A stretch of 64,000 nt of DNA. It comes from Terriglobia bacterium. GTDB taxonomy: Bacteria > Acidobacteriota > Terriglobia > 20CM-2-55-15. The notes under the pieces are model-generated. The model did not search any database, was not told the DNA's origin, and saw only the letters and a list, made by a program, of their open reading frames with translations. A program made the position numbers and the translations under genes. Location of the stretch: the NCBI GenBank assembly GCA_965198265.1, contig CBDAPB010000036.1:481431-545430 (forward strand), written 5' to 3'. Positions 1 to 8,831 of the stretch are shown here, piece after piece; the stretch's first letter is position 1, and each line of letters starts with the position of its first letter.

Positions 1-206
1 ACAACCATCCAGACCAACGTCGAAATGGATCCAGAACCGAGCTTGAGGTAGTCGTCGGGGAGCAATCCTTGTGGGATGAATGATCGAGCTTGCCTGGATT
101 CAGAAAGCGGTGCAGCAGCCTATCCGGGAAACGGTTCAGCAGGACGGCCGAATTCGACGATGGGCGTCAATTCCAGAAATGGGCGGAAAGTACTTACGGT
201 TATACT

Positions 207-288
207 ACTAACGAGGCTTCGCCTCAGACCCACGAGCATGTATGCGGATGGAGGTGGGGTCTCGGGTCTGAGGCGAAGCCGCGTTAGT
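207..288. repeat. Intergenic inverted repeat (25-bp arms, 1 mismatch, 32-nt loop); REP/MITE-like palindrome
   Basis: ACTAACGAGGCTTCGCCTCAGACCC (207-231) versus GGGTCTGAGGCGAAGCCGCGTTAGT (264-288). Confidence 0.8.
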
Positions 289-410
289 GAAACGGGTAAA
301 TGAAAAAGGAGCCCTTGGGAGCAAGCAGGGATTGCACCCTGCGTCTAAGTATTGGACCCTGTTGGGGTCGTTGGCCCTTGTGAGGCCGCGCTCTCCAGGA
401 GCTCATCATC

Positions 411-1997
411 ATGATACGCAAAAACGTCGCTGAGATCCTCGATCGACATGTCACCTTCGAACTGGAGGCCATAGACCGCATGTACCTGAATGGCTACGTA
501 CCGTCCCTGCAGACCGGCGCGGGGTTCGCCCACTTCGAGAAAACCCAGTTGGGCGTGCGTGTGCCCTCGACAGCCATGATCGCGCCGATGAGCCGCCGGT
601 TCGTGGAAGCCATGGAAGACTTCGTCCAGGCCGAACAGGTCGACCTGGTGAGGTTCCGGAAGGGGCAGCGAAAAGACGACGTGGCCCAGCAGTATCTGGC
701 CCGGTTCGAGGGGGACGAAGGCGTCCTGTTCGTCGGCAAGGCCCAGGAGAAGGCGAATGTCTTTCGTACCGAGAAACGGCAAGGAAGCGACGGCGCCCGC
801 TACCCCTGGATCATCCGGTCCACGGCGATGGTGAACCATTATTACGTCTACCTGGTCGATCGCGACTTCGGTCCCTTGTTCATCAAGTTCTGCTCCTACT
901 TTCCCTATGCGGTGAAGGTCTGTCTGAATGGCCACGAGTGGCTCAAACGCCAACTCACTCACCGGCGCATCGCCTACACTCCGCTCGATAACGGTATTCA
1001 CTCCAGCGCCGATCCCAAACGCGTGCAACGGATCGCCGACCAACTCGACAGTTCGAAGATCGAGGCCCTTTTCCGCAAGTGGCTCCGCCGCCTGCCCCAT
1101 CCGTTCACCGCGGCTCATCGGGACGCCGGGTATCGCTATCGGGTCTCCATCCTCCAGGCCGAATTCGCCTTAACCCAGGTGCTGGACCGGCCCCACACCG
1201 GCCGGTGTTTCTTTGAAGAAATCATTCGGGAGAATCTCGACATCGGACGCCCCGATCGGATGCAACTGATCTTCAACCGCCGCGTCACCCGCCGGACGCC
1301 CGGCTCGTTTCGCACCCGGGTCCTCACCCAGGGCGTGGTCCCCTCGCTCCATGTCCAGTACAAGAAATCCAAGATCAAGCAGTACCACAAAGAAGGGCAG
1401 GCCCTGCGGACCGAAACCACCATCAACGATACCTACGACTTCGCCATCGGCCGGGCTCTCATCAATCTGCCCGCACTGCGGGAGATCGGCTTCGCCGCCA
1501 ACCGGCGCCTGCTGCGCGTCGAACACCTGAGCCACGACTGTTTCATCGGCCAACGCCACATTGATGCCGTCAGCCAGCCGATCCGCGTCGACCGCCAGCG
1601 CGCCTCCGGCCTCCGCTTCGGCGACCGCCGGGTCCTGGCCCTGATGCAGACGCTGTGTCTGTTCGCTCTCCACCCGACCGGCTTTCGCCATCGCGACGTG
1701 CGCGACCGCATCGCACAACTGCTGGGCCACGACCGCCACTACGCTGCCGGCCAGACCACCTATGACCTGCGGCGTTTGCGCCTCCACGGACTCATCCAAC
1801 GCGTTCCGCGCAGCCACCGCTATCGCATTACCTCCCTCGGCGCCCACATGGCCATGCTCTACGTCCGTCTCTGGGCCCGTGGCCTCCGCCCGGCGGCCTC
1901 GGTCCCAACCTCAGGGTCCGCCCGCGGTCCCAAGACCCTCGAACGTCTCGACGCCGCGCTCACCCACTTCCTTCAGGAGGCTTTACTTGTTGCCTAA
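411..1997 (+). CDS. Putative transposase of an unclassified element; Rep_trans-like motifs plus C-terminal winged helix
   Basis: 528-aa ORF with RBS AGGAG upstream. KQYHK...ALRTETTIN resembles the Y-x-K / R-x-E motifs of Rep_trans initiators; C-terminal YDLRRLRLHGLI...YRIT looks like a wHTH. No DDE or HUH motif seen. The ORF is solid; the function is inferred. Confidence 0.65.
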   Translation: MIRKNVAEILDRHVTFELEAIDRMYLNGYVPSLQTGAGFAHFEKTQLGVRVPSTAMIAPMSRRFVEAMEDFVQAEQVDLVRFRKGQRKDDVAQQYLARFEGDEGVLFVGKAQEKANVFRTEKRQGSDGARYPWIIRSTAMVNHYYVYLVDRDFGPLFIKFCSYFPYAVKVCLNGHEWLKRQLTHRRIAYTPLDNGIHSSADPKRVQRIADQLDSSKIEALFRKWLRRLPHPFTAAHRDAGYRYRVSILQAEFALTQVLDRPHTGRCFFEEIIRENLDIGRPDRMQLIFNRRVTRRTPGSFRTRVLTQGVVPSLHVQYKKSKIKQYHKEGQALRTETTINDTYDFAIGRALINLPALREIGFAANRRLLRVEHLSHDCFIGQRHIDAVSQPIRVDRQRASGLRFGDRRVLALMQTLCLFALHPTGFRHRDVRDRIAQLLGHDRHYAAGQTTYDLRRLRLHGLIQRVPRSHRYRITSLGAHMAMLYVRLWARGLRPAASVPTSGSARGPKTLERLDAALTHFLQEALLVA

Positions 1998-2084
1998 AAC
2001 TTGACTCAAATACTCAGACTTTCGTTCTTCAAGACTTCTAAAACTTGACTCAAATACTCAGACTTTCGTTCTTCAAGACTTCTA
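1994..2084 (+). repeat. Exact tandem duplication of a 44-bp unit at the 3' end of the 528-aa gene
   Basis: AAACTTGACTCAAATACTCAGACTTTCGTTCTTCAAGACTTCTA at 1997-2040 and 2041-2084, each preceded by CTA. Confidence 0.95.
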
Positions 2085-2356
2085 GTGACCTGTAACAGTG
2101 CTATCGGTACCAGCGTTCGGCGGAACGGCGTCGGATTCTAGGAGTGACGCCCGAGCCAATGCTGTTTCATTGCGAGGGCGTTACGACACCGAAGACGGTG
2201 CCGTTCCGCCGAACCCTTTGGGCCGATGGGGGTTGCGGGCGATCTCTTTGTCGGAAGCCGTCACCGATGAAAGAGCATCGCTTTCCGCCTCCCTCCTCGA
2301 CCTCGCCCGCAAGACCCATCGGCGATGGTACCGATAGCATTGTTACAGGCCACTAG
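2082..2356 (+). mobile_element. 275-bp MITE, family A copy 1 (CTAG-bounded, ~31-bp imperfect TIRs)
   Basis: CTAGTGACCTGTAACAGTGCTATCGGTACCA ... TGGTACCGATAGCATTGTTACAGGCCACTAG; near-identical copies at 25231-25505 and 35985-36259. Confidence 0.92.
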
Positions 2357-2409
2357 AGGACGGCGAAACAGTTCACAACGCCTTCTTTGATCGGTCGTTT
2401 GAACCATGA
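2353..2409 (+). pseudogene. 3' remnant of the small toxin-like gene normally paired with DUF2283
   Basis: Reads LEDGETVHNAFFDRSFEP* from the MITE CTAG; stop overlaps the next ATG (ATGA); 5' part absent. Confidence 0.6.
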
Positions 2410-2604
2410 AAATCAAATATTTCCAAGACACAGACACTCTCTATATTGAGTTTCGCCCAGTTGAGGCTGCGGAAACGCGAGATCTCGATGAGAATACCCT
2501 CCTGGGAGGTCGACAGCGACGGCAAGATCTGTGGCATCACCATCGAGCACGCGAGCGACCGCACCGACATTCCCGCATTTTCGTTCGAGCAAGTACCCGC
2601 CTAA
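2406..2604 (+). pseudogene. DUF2283-family small antitoxin-like protein, +1 frameshift
   Basis: MKIKYFQDTDTLYIEF...DENTLL; removing one G at 2504-2506 continues EVDSDGKICGITIEHAS...EQVPA*. Confidence 0.75.
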
Positions 2605-2904
2605 CACTTCTATGGACTTCCCTCCGTAGAAGTCCTTCTGCCAGATTTCCTGGCGCCACTCGGGTTGAGTCAATGTCAGTTGGCAAGAGCATTAGCCGTC
2701 CCTCCTCGCGCCGGCAATAAAACTGTGCACGGCCAGCGTTCAATCAGTGCGGGCGCCGCACTCCGATTGAGTCGTTTTCCAGACGCCTAACCGTACCCAG
2801 ATGGTTCGGGAACCGAGAGGATCCACACCGAACTGTCATTTCTGACAGTTCACCTCGTGACTGATTTCTTGCTAATTTTCCAAGTCCACAAGGAGAAGTG
2901 TCCA

Positions 2905-3497
2905 ATGATAAGCAAACTGAAAACATCACGTTCGATCATGGTCATCATCATCCCAATGATCGTGGCCGCTTTTGCGACCGACGTTTCGGCCCAAGAGAAT
3001 GCGGAACCGGAAATGTTTGAGGCTTTCGCGGTCGTTGCGGGCAATATCGCAGCAGGAGCGAGCACGACCCTCCAGATGCGGATTACAGACTGGACGAGCG
3101 AGGAAGATCGGGTGCGCCTTTTGCACGCTCTGGGCGAAAAGGGAGCGAAAGAGGCCGTCAAGGACCTCCAGGATATGGAGGACGTCGGTCGAATCCGAGC
3201 GGCATCGGGTGGGGTCGGCAACCGCTTGAAATTCGCCCGGCAAATCCCCATCGAAGGGGGGCGGCGGATCACGCTGGTGACCGATCGCCACATCCGGTTC
3301 CTGGAGGCCCGTCAGAACCCGCGCACTACTGACTATGACATCACGCTCATTCAGTTCGAGGTCAACGAGGAAGGGCAGGGTCAAGGCATCATGCTACTCG
3401 GGGGGAGTTGAAGTTGGACATGGAAACCATGATCCTCGAGATCGAAGGGTACTCTTCGCAACCGATTCGCCTGAACAACATCCGTAAACGCCAGTGA
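2905..3497 (+). pseudogene. Secreted hypothetical protein, frameshifted in a G6 run (or sequencing error)
   Basis: RBS AGGAG and signal peptide (...DVSA-Q). ORF stops at 3411, but the shifted frame after G6 (3400-3405) continues ELKLDMETMILEIEGYSSQPIRLNNIRKRQ* to 3497. Confidence 0.65.
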
Positions 3498-3600
3498 CAC
3501 CCTACATCGGGTAAAGGGGTCGACAAGCGCACGAATCTTCGCTCGGCAGGGGATGCCGCGCTCACTCCTGCGGGGAGACAGCGAAATTCGAGAGTCGGGC

Positions 3601-3665
3601 GTAGGTGTGCTCCACGAGCGCACTTGTTTCGGTCCGAAGAGTGTGCGGTCACAGACCGCACCTAC
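3601..3665. repeat. GTAG...CTAC REP doublet (REPIN-like), copy 1
   Basis: GTAGGTGTGCTCCACGAGCGCAC...GTGCGGTCACAGACCGCACCTAC between convergent genes; similar copy at 23371-23436. Confidence 0.75.
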
Positions 3666-3707
3666 ACCTCGTTCGGCCATACGCCCTTAAATGATTCCAC
3701 CGCCGTG

Positions 3708-3974
3708 CTAGCTGGTCCGACGCCGACCCTTCCGCAATTCTTCTCTGACAACTCTTCGAAGCGTCTTTTCGAGCGGCTCTTCCTGCGAGCGGATGTACTC
3801 GCGCAGCGCTTCATTGATTGACGTCTGGTAGCTGCCCCCTCCCGCCGCATGAACTTGGCTGCGAAACCAGTCGAGCAAGTCATCATCGATGCGAATAGTG
3901 ATCCGGGTCTTTCCCGTCGACGCCTTCAAGACGGCCCCTCGCCTCCCCCGGTTGAAATCGTATTCCTCTTTCAT
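3708..3974 (-). CDS. brnA: BrnA-family antitoxin
   Basis: MKEEYDF...KTRITIRIDDDLLDWFR...YQTSINEALREY; 4-bp overlap with the toxin gene. Confidence 0.88.
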   Translation of the reverse strand: MKEEYDFNRGRRGAVLKASTGKTRITIRIDDDLLDWFRSQVHAAGGGSYQTSINEALREYIRSQEEPLEKTLRRVVREELRKGRRRTS

Positions 3975-4237
3975 ATCCTGTTCGCGTATTGTCGCCGTTC
4001 CCGAGGCGTTGCATTTCGTGCCGATATCAGTCGGACGGCCCGTCCGCGCCAGGTGTGGACGACCACGAGGATTCGGCCTTGCGCGTCCATACCCACTGTC
4101 ACAAACCTTTCCGGGTATGCGTCGTCCCTAATGGTCAAAGCCTCATCGTGATAGAGCACCAAAGCGGCATCCGCAAAATCGACGCCGTGCTTCCCCCGGT
4201 TCGAATCCGCTTTGAGCAGATCCCACTCGAACTCCAT
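3971..4237 (-). CDS. brnT: BrnT-family toxin
   Basis: MEFEWDLLKADSNRGKHGVDF...ERFVTVG...RLISARNATPRERRQY. Confidence 0.92.
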   Translation of the reverse strand: MEFEWDLLKADSNRGKHGVDFADAALVLYHDEALTIRDDAYPERFVTVGMDAQGRILVVVHTWRGRAVRLISARNATPRERRQYANRI

Positions 4238-4478
4238 CTATTGTATGTACATCTGTGCATATTACGCAATAGGGCGTTCGTTCCTTTCGGTGCGAGTCCA
4301 GGTCCACAGGGCAACCGTAGCCAAGTCGTTCGTCAAAAAGGGCCAGCTACGCGGGGCGAGCCGGAAAAGTCGACACAAAAGCGAATACAAACTCGCAGGT
4401 TCGCCCACTATCTCTGACCCTCAACATGGGACGATTTGCAGACATGGTATATCTAATATGGTATAGTCTAAATACAGT

Positions 4479-4769
4479 ATGTGGGAGATCTTCGAGCACC
4501 GAAGACTCGAGAGGCGTTTGGCACGGATGCCCAAAGAGATCCTGAAGCGATACGAGAAGTGGAAGGATATCGTTCGTTTCTCCGGTCCCGAGGGGCTTCG
4601 ACTGATCAAGGGCTTCCACGACGAAGCGCTCGGAGGGACATGGAAGGGACAGCGATCGTCGAGACTCAACGAGCAATACCGTGTCATCTATACGGTCGTG
4701 AAACGGAAGGTGCTGGTAGAAGTCATCGATGTAACGGCCCACGATTATCGGAGAAAGTCGGGAGATTGA
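4479..4769 (+). CDS. RelE/HigB/YoeB-superfamily mRNA interferase toxin
   Basis: GFHDEALGGTWKGQRSSRLNEQYRVIY...VTAHDY; lies upstream of an HTH gene. Confidence 0.85.
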   Translation: MWEIFEHRRLERRLARMPKEILKRYEKWKDIVRFSGPEGLRLIKGFHDEALGGTWKGQRSSRLNEQYRVIYTVVKRKVLVEVIDVTAHDYRRKSGD

Positions 4770-4770
4770 C

Positions 4771-5097
4771 GTGAAAGACTTCCGGCCGGCGAAGACAAGA
4801 ATCGAAGTCTCAGTGGGTGAATCCGTCCGGATCATCCGGGAACTGCAGGAGTGGAGCCAGAACCAGCTTGCGGAGCTCACCGGGATTCCTCAGTCCACGA
4901 TCTCTGCCATCGAGAACGACCGGATCCGGCTGGGGGTCGAACGCGCGAAAGTGCTGGCCCGAGCTTTGAAGTGCCATCCGGCGGTTCTGGTTTTCCCCGG
5001 ATGGGATGTGAGGGATGGGTCGGCCCGTGTGACTCGCCGAGCTGTCCGAAAGGGAGGGTCCATGCAGAGCAGAAATGCAGCGGGAGAACCTCAGTGA
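4771..5097 (+). CDS. XRE-family HTH antitoxin (HigA-like)
   Basis: SQNQLAELTGIPQSTISAIEND HTH; 1 nt after the toxin stop. Confidence 0.85.
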   Translation: MKDFRPAKTRIEVSVGESVRIIRELQEWSQNQLAELTGIPQSTISAIENDRIRLGVERAKVLARALKCHPAVLVFPGWDVRDGSARVTRRAVRKGGSMQSRNAAGEPQ

Positions 5098-5152
5098 AGA
5101 GTGACGACTCGGAGGCCGGTCGCAGGCGGCAAACTCCTCAGGGTTGTCACTT

Positions 5153-7174
5153 CTAGCCCGACTTCCGCGGTTCGGCAGGTTTGGTAGACCTAAGTTGTTG
5201 AGTTAATTAGATCGAGATCCCGAAGGTCGGCACTACAAGGCTGTCGGCGATCGGGGCCGTGGCATGGCGCTCAGATGGCGATGCGCGGTGTCGGCTGTTG
5301 CGGCAACGTCATGGCGAGATGATGCAGCAGCAAGAGATGGTCCCTGTTGGGTTGGGTGTAGCGCGGCAGGACGAGGTGGCGTCCGTCGGTGGTCGGCACA
5401 TGAACATCGACCATCTGTATGGTCGAGAATGTGTCGAGGATTGCGCGGGGTGTCAGCCCCGGGGCGTGGGGGCGGATGAGGGATTTCAGGGTGACCTGCA
5501 GGCACCAGGCGATGAAGGCAAGGAAGATATGGGCTTCGATGCGGTGGTCGTGCTGATGGAAGATCGGCCGGATCGCGAGGTCGTGCTTGAGTTCCTTGAA
5601 CGCCTGCTCGATTTCGGTCAATCGCATGTAGTGGCTCCACAACTGTGCCGGGTCACCGCTGGTCATGTTGGAGCGCAGCAGGTAGCGGCCTTCGCGCCGG
5701 TAGGCGGCCCGGAGCTTGTCGCGCCGGAGCGTGAAGGCAAAGCCGTTGTGGGCCAGTGCCCCATTGCTTTCTGGGACCTCGATACGGACCAGATACCAGG
5801 CGCGTCCGGCCTCCTTCTTTGCGGCGCCCAGCTTGATCAGCAACGCATCCCGGCTGAGGGATTGTCGCTGCAGGTCATGCAGGCGTTTCCACAGCTTCTT
5901 CAGCCGCCGCCGCCGCATGCTGCGTTCCTTCGAGACCCGTTTTTCGCTACGGACCAGCACATAGAGTTCGCCGTCTCGTGACAGCAGCTTGACGTCAACG
6001 GACTGGCGAACCTGCTGCCAGGGCAGATCGAGGAAGGACGACTCCAGACGGGTCAGCCGACCTTTGGGTGTGCCAACCAGATAGCGCAGGCCCGAGGCAC
6101 TGGCGCGCATCTCGGCCAGGGTCTCCTCGGTGGGAATGCCGCGATCCATGATCCAGATGCGGTCGGAACGACCGTATTGCGCCTCGATGCGGGCGATGAA
6201 GGCGGCCAGCGTGGTGTTGTCGGCCGTGTTGCCCGGCATCACCTCATAGGCCAGCGGGAAACCGTCGGGCGTGATGATCAGCGCGATCACCACCTGGACG
6301 CAGTCGGGACGCTTGTCGCGGCTGTAGCCGAACTGGCGTTTGCCCGCCAAGGGCGGGTCCGACTCGAAATAAGTGCTGGTCAGATCGTAGAGCAGAACAT
6401 CGAACCGGGCCTCAAACAGGGTGCTCCAGCGCGCCTTGAGGAACGAGAAGAATTCGCGCTTGTGGTCGAGCAACCGGTCGAGACAGCGGTAGAGCTTGTC
6501 GTCGGAGATCACGCGGTCACTGCCCAGCAGGTCACGTAGCGCGCTGTGTTCATACCAGTGCCGGTGCAGCCGCCAGTCGCTGCCGGGATCGATCAGGTGA
6601 TAACAGACCTGCACCTTGAGGATATCGAGCCATCGGGTGCCCTTGCGGCTGGGCGGCAGCCGCGGGCCCCAGAAACGGTCCAGCCCGAGACGGTCCCACA
6701 ACGCCAGCGCCAGCCAGCAGGCGCCCCACTGGCGCGGATCGCGCAGTTCCAGTTTGTCGAGCTGGAGCTGCACGACATCGCAATCCAGCACCGGCGCGGG
6801 CCGGTCCTCGGGAAACAGCGCCATCTGCTGCAGCGCCGCGCCGCCGCTGAGAACCTCGATCGAGCGGCACCACTCGGCGCGCTGGCTGTCGTTGATCTCG
6901 CCGAGATAGAGAAGCTGGCGCTGGACCACACGGCCGCCACCGACCCGGGTGCTCTCGACGACACTCCAGTAGCGGTGCTCCTTGCCGTCCTTGAATCGCT
7001 TCTTGCAGCGCACGAACATGCACGCATCGTCGGCATATCCGAAAAACTAATCAAGGGGGTAGGTCGGCACTACACGCCCACCCGGGAGGTCAAGGTATAG
7101 AAAACAAACGCGATTCGTGCTCCAAATGGGCTAAATTAGATGAAAATCGTGCCGAACCGCGGAAGTCGGGCTAG
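5153..7174 (-). mobile_element. IS1634-family insertion sequence with 21-bp TIRs and CTAG duplication
   Basis: CTAG|CCCGACTTCCGCGGTTCGGCA (5157-5177) ... TGCCGAACCGCGGAAGTCGGG|CTAG (7150-7174); subterminal direct repeat AGGTCGGCACTACA near 5225 and 7061. Confidence 0.92.
5271..7019 (-). CDS. IS1634-family DDE transposase
   Basis: LYDLTSTYFE, GYSRDKRPD, MDRG, IEQAFKELKHDLAIRPIFHQ motifs. Confidence 0.93.
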   Translation of the reverse strand: MFVRCKKRFKDGKEHRYWSVVESTRVGGGRVVQRQLLYLGEINDSQRAEWCRSIEVLSGGAALQQMALFPEDRPAPVLDCDVVQLQLDKLELRDPRQWGACWLALALWDRLGLDRFWGPRLPPSRKGTRWLDILKVQVCYHLIDPGSDWRLHRHWYEHSALRDLLGSDRVISDDKLYRCLDRLLDHKREFFSFLKARWSTLFEARFDVLLYDLTSTYFESDPPLAGKRQFGYSRDKRPDCVQVVIALIITPDGFPLAYEVMPGNTADNTTLAAFIARIEAQYGRSDRIWIMDRGIPTEETLAEMRASASGLRYLVGTPKGRLTRLESSFLDLPWQQVRQSVDVKLLSRDGELYVLVRSEKRVSKERSMRRRRLKKLWKRLHDLQRQSLSRDALLIKLGAAKKEAGRAWYLVRIEVPESNGALAHNGFAFTLRRDKLRAAYRREGRYLLRSNMTSGDPAQLWSHYMRLTEIEQAFKELKHDLAIRPIFHQHDHRIEAHIFLAFIAWCLQVTLKSLIRPHAPGLTPRAILDTFSTIQMVDVHVPTTDGRHLVLPRYTQPNRDHLLLLHHLAMTLPQQPTPRIAI

Positions 7175-7520
7175 CAGTCCGACTCCGCCGCTAGTCGCCT
7201 CGGAGTGGAGGGGAGGGCGGTGGAACTCGGCTCAGAAGTTGTTGCCGTCCGGCCTCAGGAAGACAGCTTCTGGCATCAACTGGAGGGAGCCCCGGAGGCG
7301 CTTCCAATGGTCCTCGGGGTCGGTGGCCCGGACGCCATCCGTTTCTGAGTAACGAAGCCTGCCCTTACTGCAGATGCCTCGGCGGCGGCAGATCAGCATG
7401 TTGATGACCCTACAGGGCCGGCCGCATGGATAATGGTCGAAGGACCGGCCTGAAAAGCGGCCAAAAGAACGGCACGGCGAAGCTCCATATAACGACTATT
7501 AGTATGATAATATTTGGTTT

Positions 7521-8753
7521 ATGGATGATTATGATGCGGACATAGAAGCGGACATTCGAGAGGTCCCAGACAGAGAAGAATCGCCGTCTGACCTGGAACC
7601 AATGAGGATTTCGGAGACGTCCCGTCATCGCGGGTTCCTCGCCGACCTGGCAGTCGAACTGGCCGCACACTCGACAGGTTTTCGGCGAAGTCTTCCGGAG
7701 GGGGTTCTGATTGCCCTGACAGATCTGGTACGGGCGATGAACTGCTACTACAGCAATCTGATCGAGGGCCACGATACGCACCCCGTCGATATTGAGCGCG
7801 CACTGAAAAACGACTACAGCTCGAACGCCGAGCAGCGGAACCTCCAGCTCGAGGCCAAAGCGCACATTGCGGTTCAACGATGGGTGGACGAAGGAGGGCT
7901 TCGCGGCCGGCCGGCAAGTCTGGATGGCATCTGCGAGATCCACCGGCGTTTCGGCGAACTGCTACCCGACGAACTCCTCTGGGTCGAGGACCCTGAAACG
8001 GGAGAGCGGATGCAGGTCGTCCCCGGCGCACTTCGGCGGCGCGACGTCACGGTCGGTCTGCACATACCGGTCAGTCCCGCCGCGCTCCCGCGTTTTCTCA
8101 AACAGTTCGAGCAAACATACAGCGGCTTCGGAAAAGCTGAAACCATCGTCGCGGCCGCGGCGGCTCATCACAGGCTGCTGTGGATACACCCGTTCCTGGA
8201 CGGCAACGGCCGAGTAGCGCGACTGATGTCCCACGCCATGCTTCTCGAGGCACTGGACACCGGTGGCGTTTGGTCCATCGCACGTGGCCTCGCGAGAAAC
8301 GAACGCCGATACACGAGCCACCTGGCTGAATGTGACTTGCCGCGCCGAAACGAGCTTGACGGACGGGGCAATCTCACCGAGGAGGGTCTGGCGTCTTTTA
8401 CACGCTTTTTTCTTGAAACCTGCCTGGACCAGGTGAAGTTCATGGAGGATCTGGTGCAGCCGAATCGGTTGTGGGATCGCATTCTGCTTTGGATAGAGGA
8501 AGAAGTTCGCGCGGACGCATTGCCGGAGAAAGCCGGACGTATTCTCGAAACAATTCTGTACCGGGGCGAACTGCGACGAGGAGACGTCCCTCAATTGCTT
8601 GGCGCGAGCGCCCGCCATGCCCGCCGCGTTGTGGCCGCCCTGACCGAACGCGGTGTGATCGTTTCTGAGAGCACCCGCGCGCCCCTTCGCCTTACCTTTC
8701 CGGCCAAGCTGGCACCACGCTGGTTGCCAGGACTGTTTCCAGAACAACGTTAA
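7521..8753 (+). CDS. Fic-family protein with C-terminal HTH
   Basis: Canonical HPFLDGNGRVAR motif; YYSNLIEG. Confidence 0.92.
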   Translation: MDDYDADIEADIREVPDREESPSDLEPMRISETSRHRGFLADLAVELAAHSTGFRRSLPEGVLIALTDLVRAMNCYYSNLIEGHDTHPVDIERALKNDYSSNAEQRNLQLEAKAHIAVQRWVDEGGLRGRPASLDGICEIHRRFGELLPDELLWVEDPETGERMQVVPGALRRRDVTVGLHIPVSPAALPRFLKQFEQTYSGFGKAETIVAAAAAHHRLLWIHPFLDGNGRVARLMSHAMLLEALDTGGVWSIARGLARNERRYTSHLAECDLPRRNELDGRGNLTEEGLASFTRFFLETCLDQVKFMEDLVQPNRLWDRILLWIEEEVRADALPEKAGRILETILYRGELRRGDVPQLLGASARHARRVVAALTERGVIVSESTRAPLRLTFPAKLAPRWLPGLFPEQR

Positions 8754-8831
8754 GAGGCTATCTCTCGTTCGAATGTCGTGAAGGAACGCGCGTTCTCCTC
8801 GGAAGGACCGTCGAAGACGACTTGCACGGGG

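Noticed and set aside
207-288. attC site (TAAC...GTTA ends)
   Set aside because: Ends do not fit RYYYAAC/GTTRRRY, no extrahelical bases, no integrase or cassette ORF
1994-2084. 44-bp repeats as a CRISPR array
   Set aside because: Only two units, directly abutting with no spacer; no cas genes
2098-2356. 70-79 aa ORFs recurring in each MITE-A copy as a peptide family
   Set aside because: Recurrence follows from DNA identity; the stop is supplied by the flanking CTAG; family B does not keep the protein sequence
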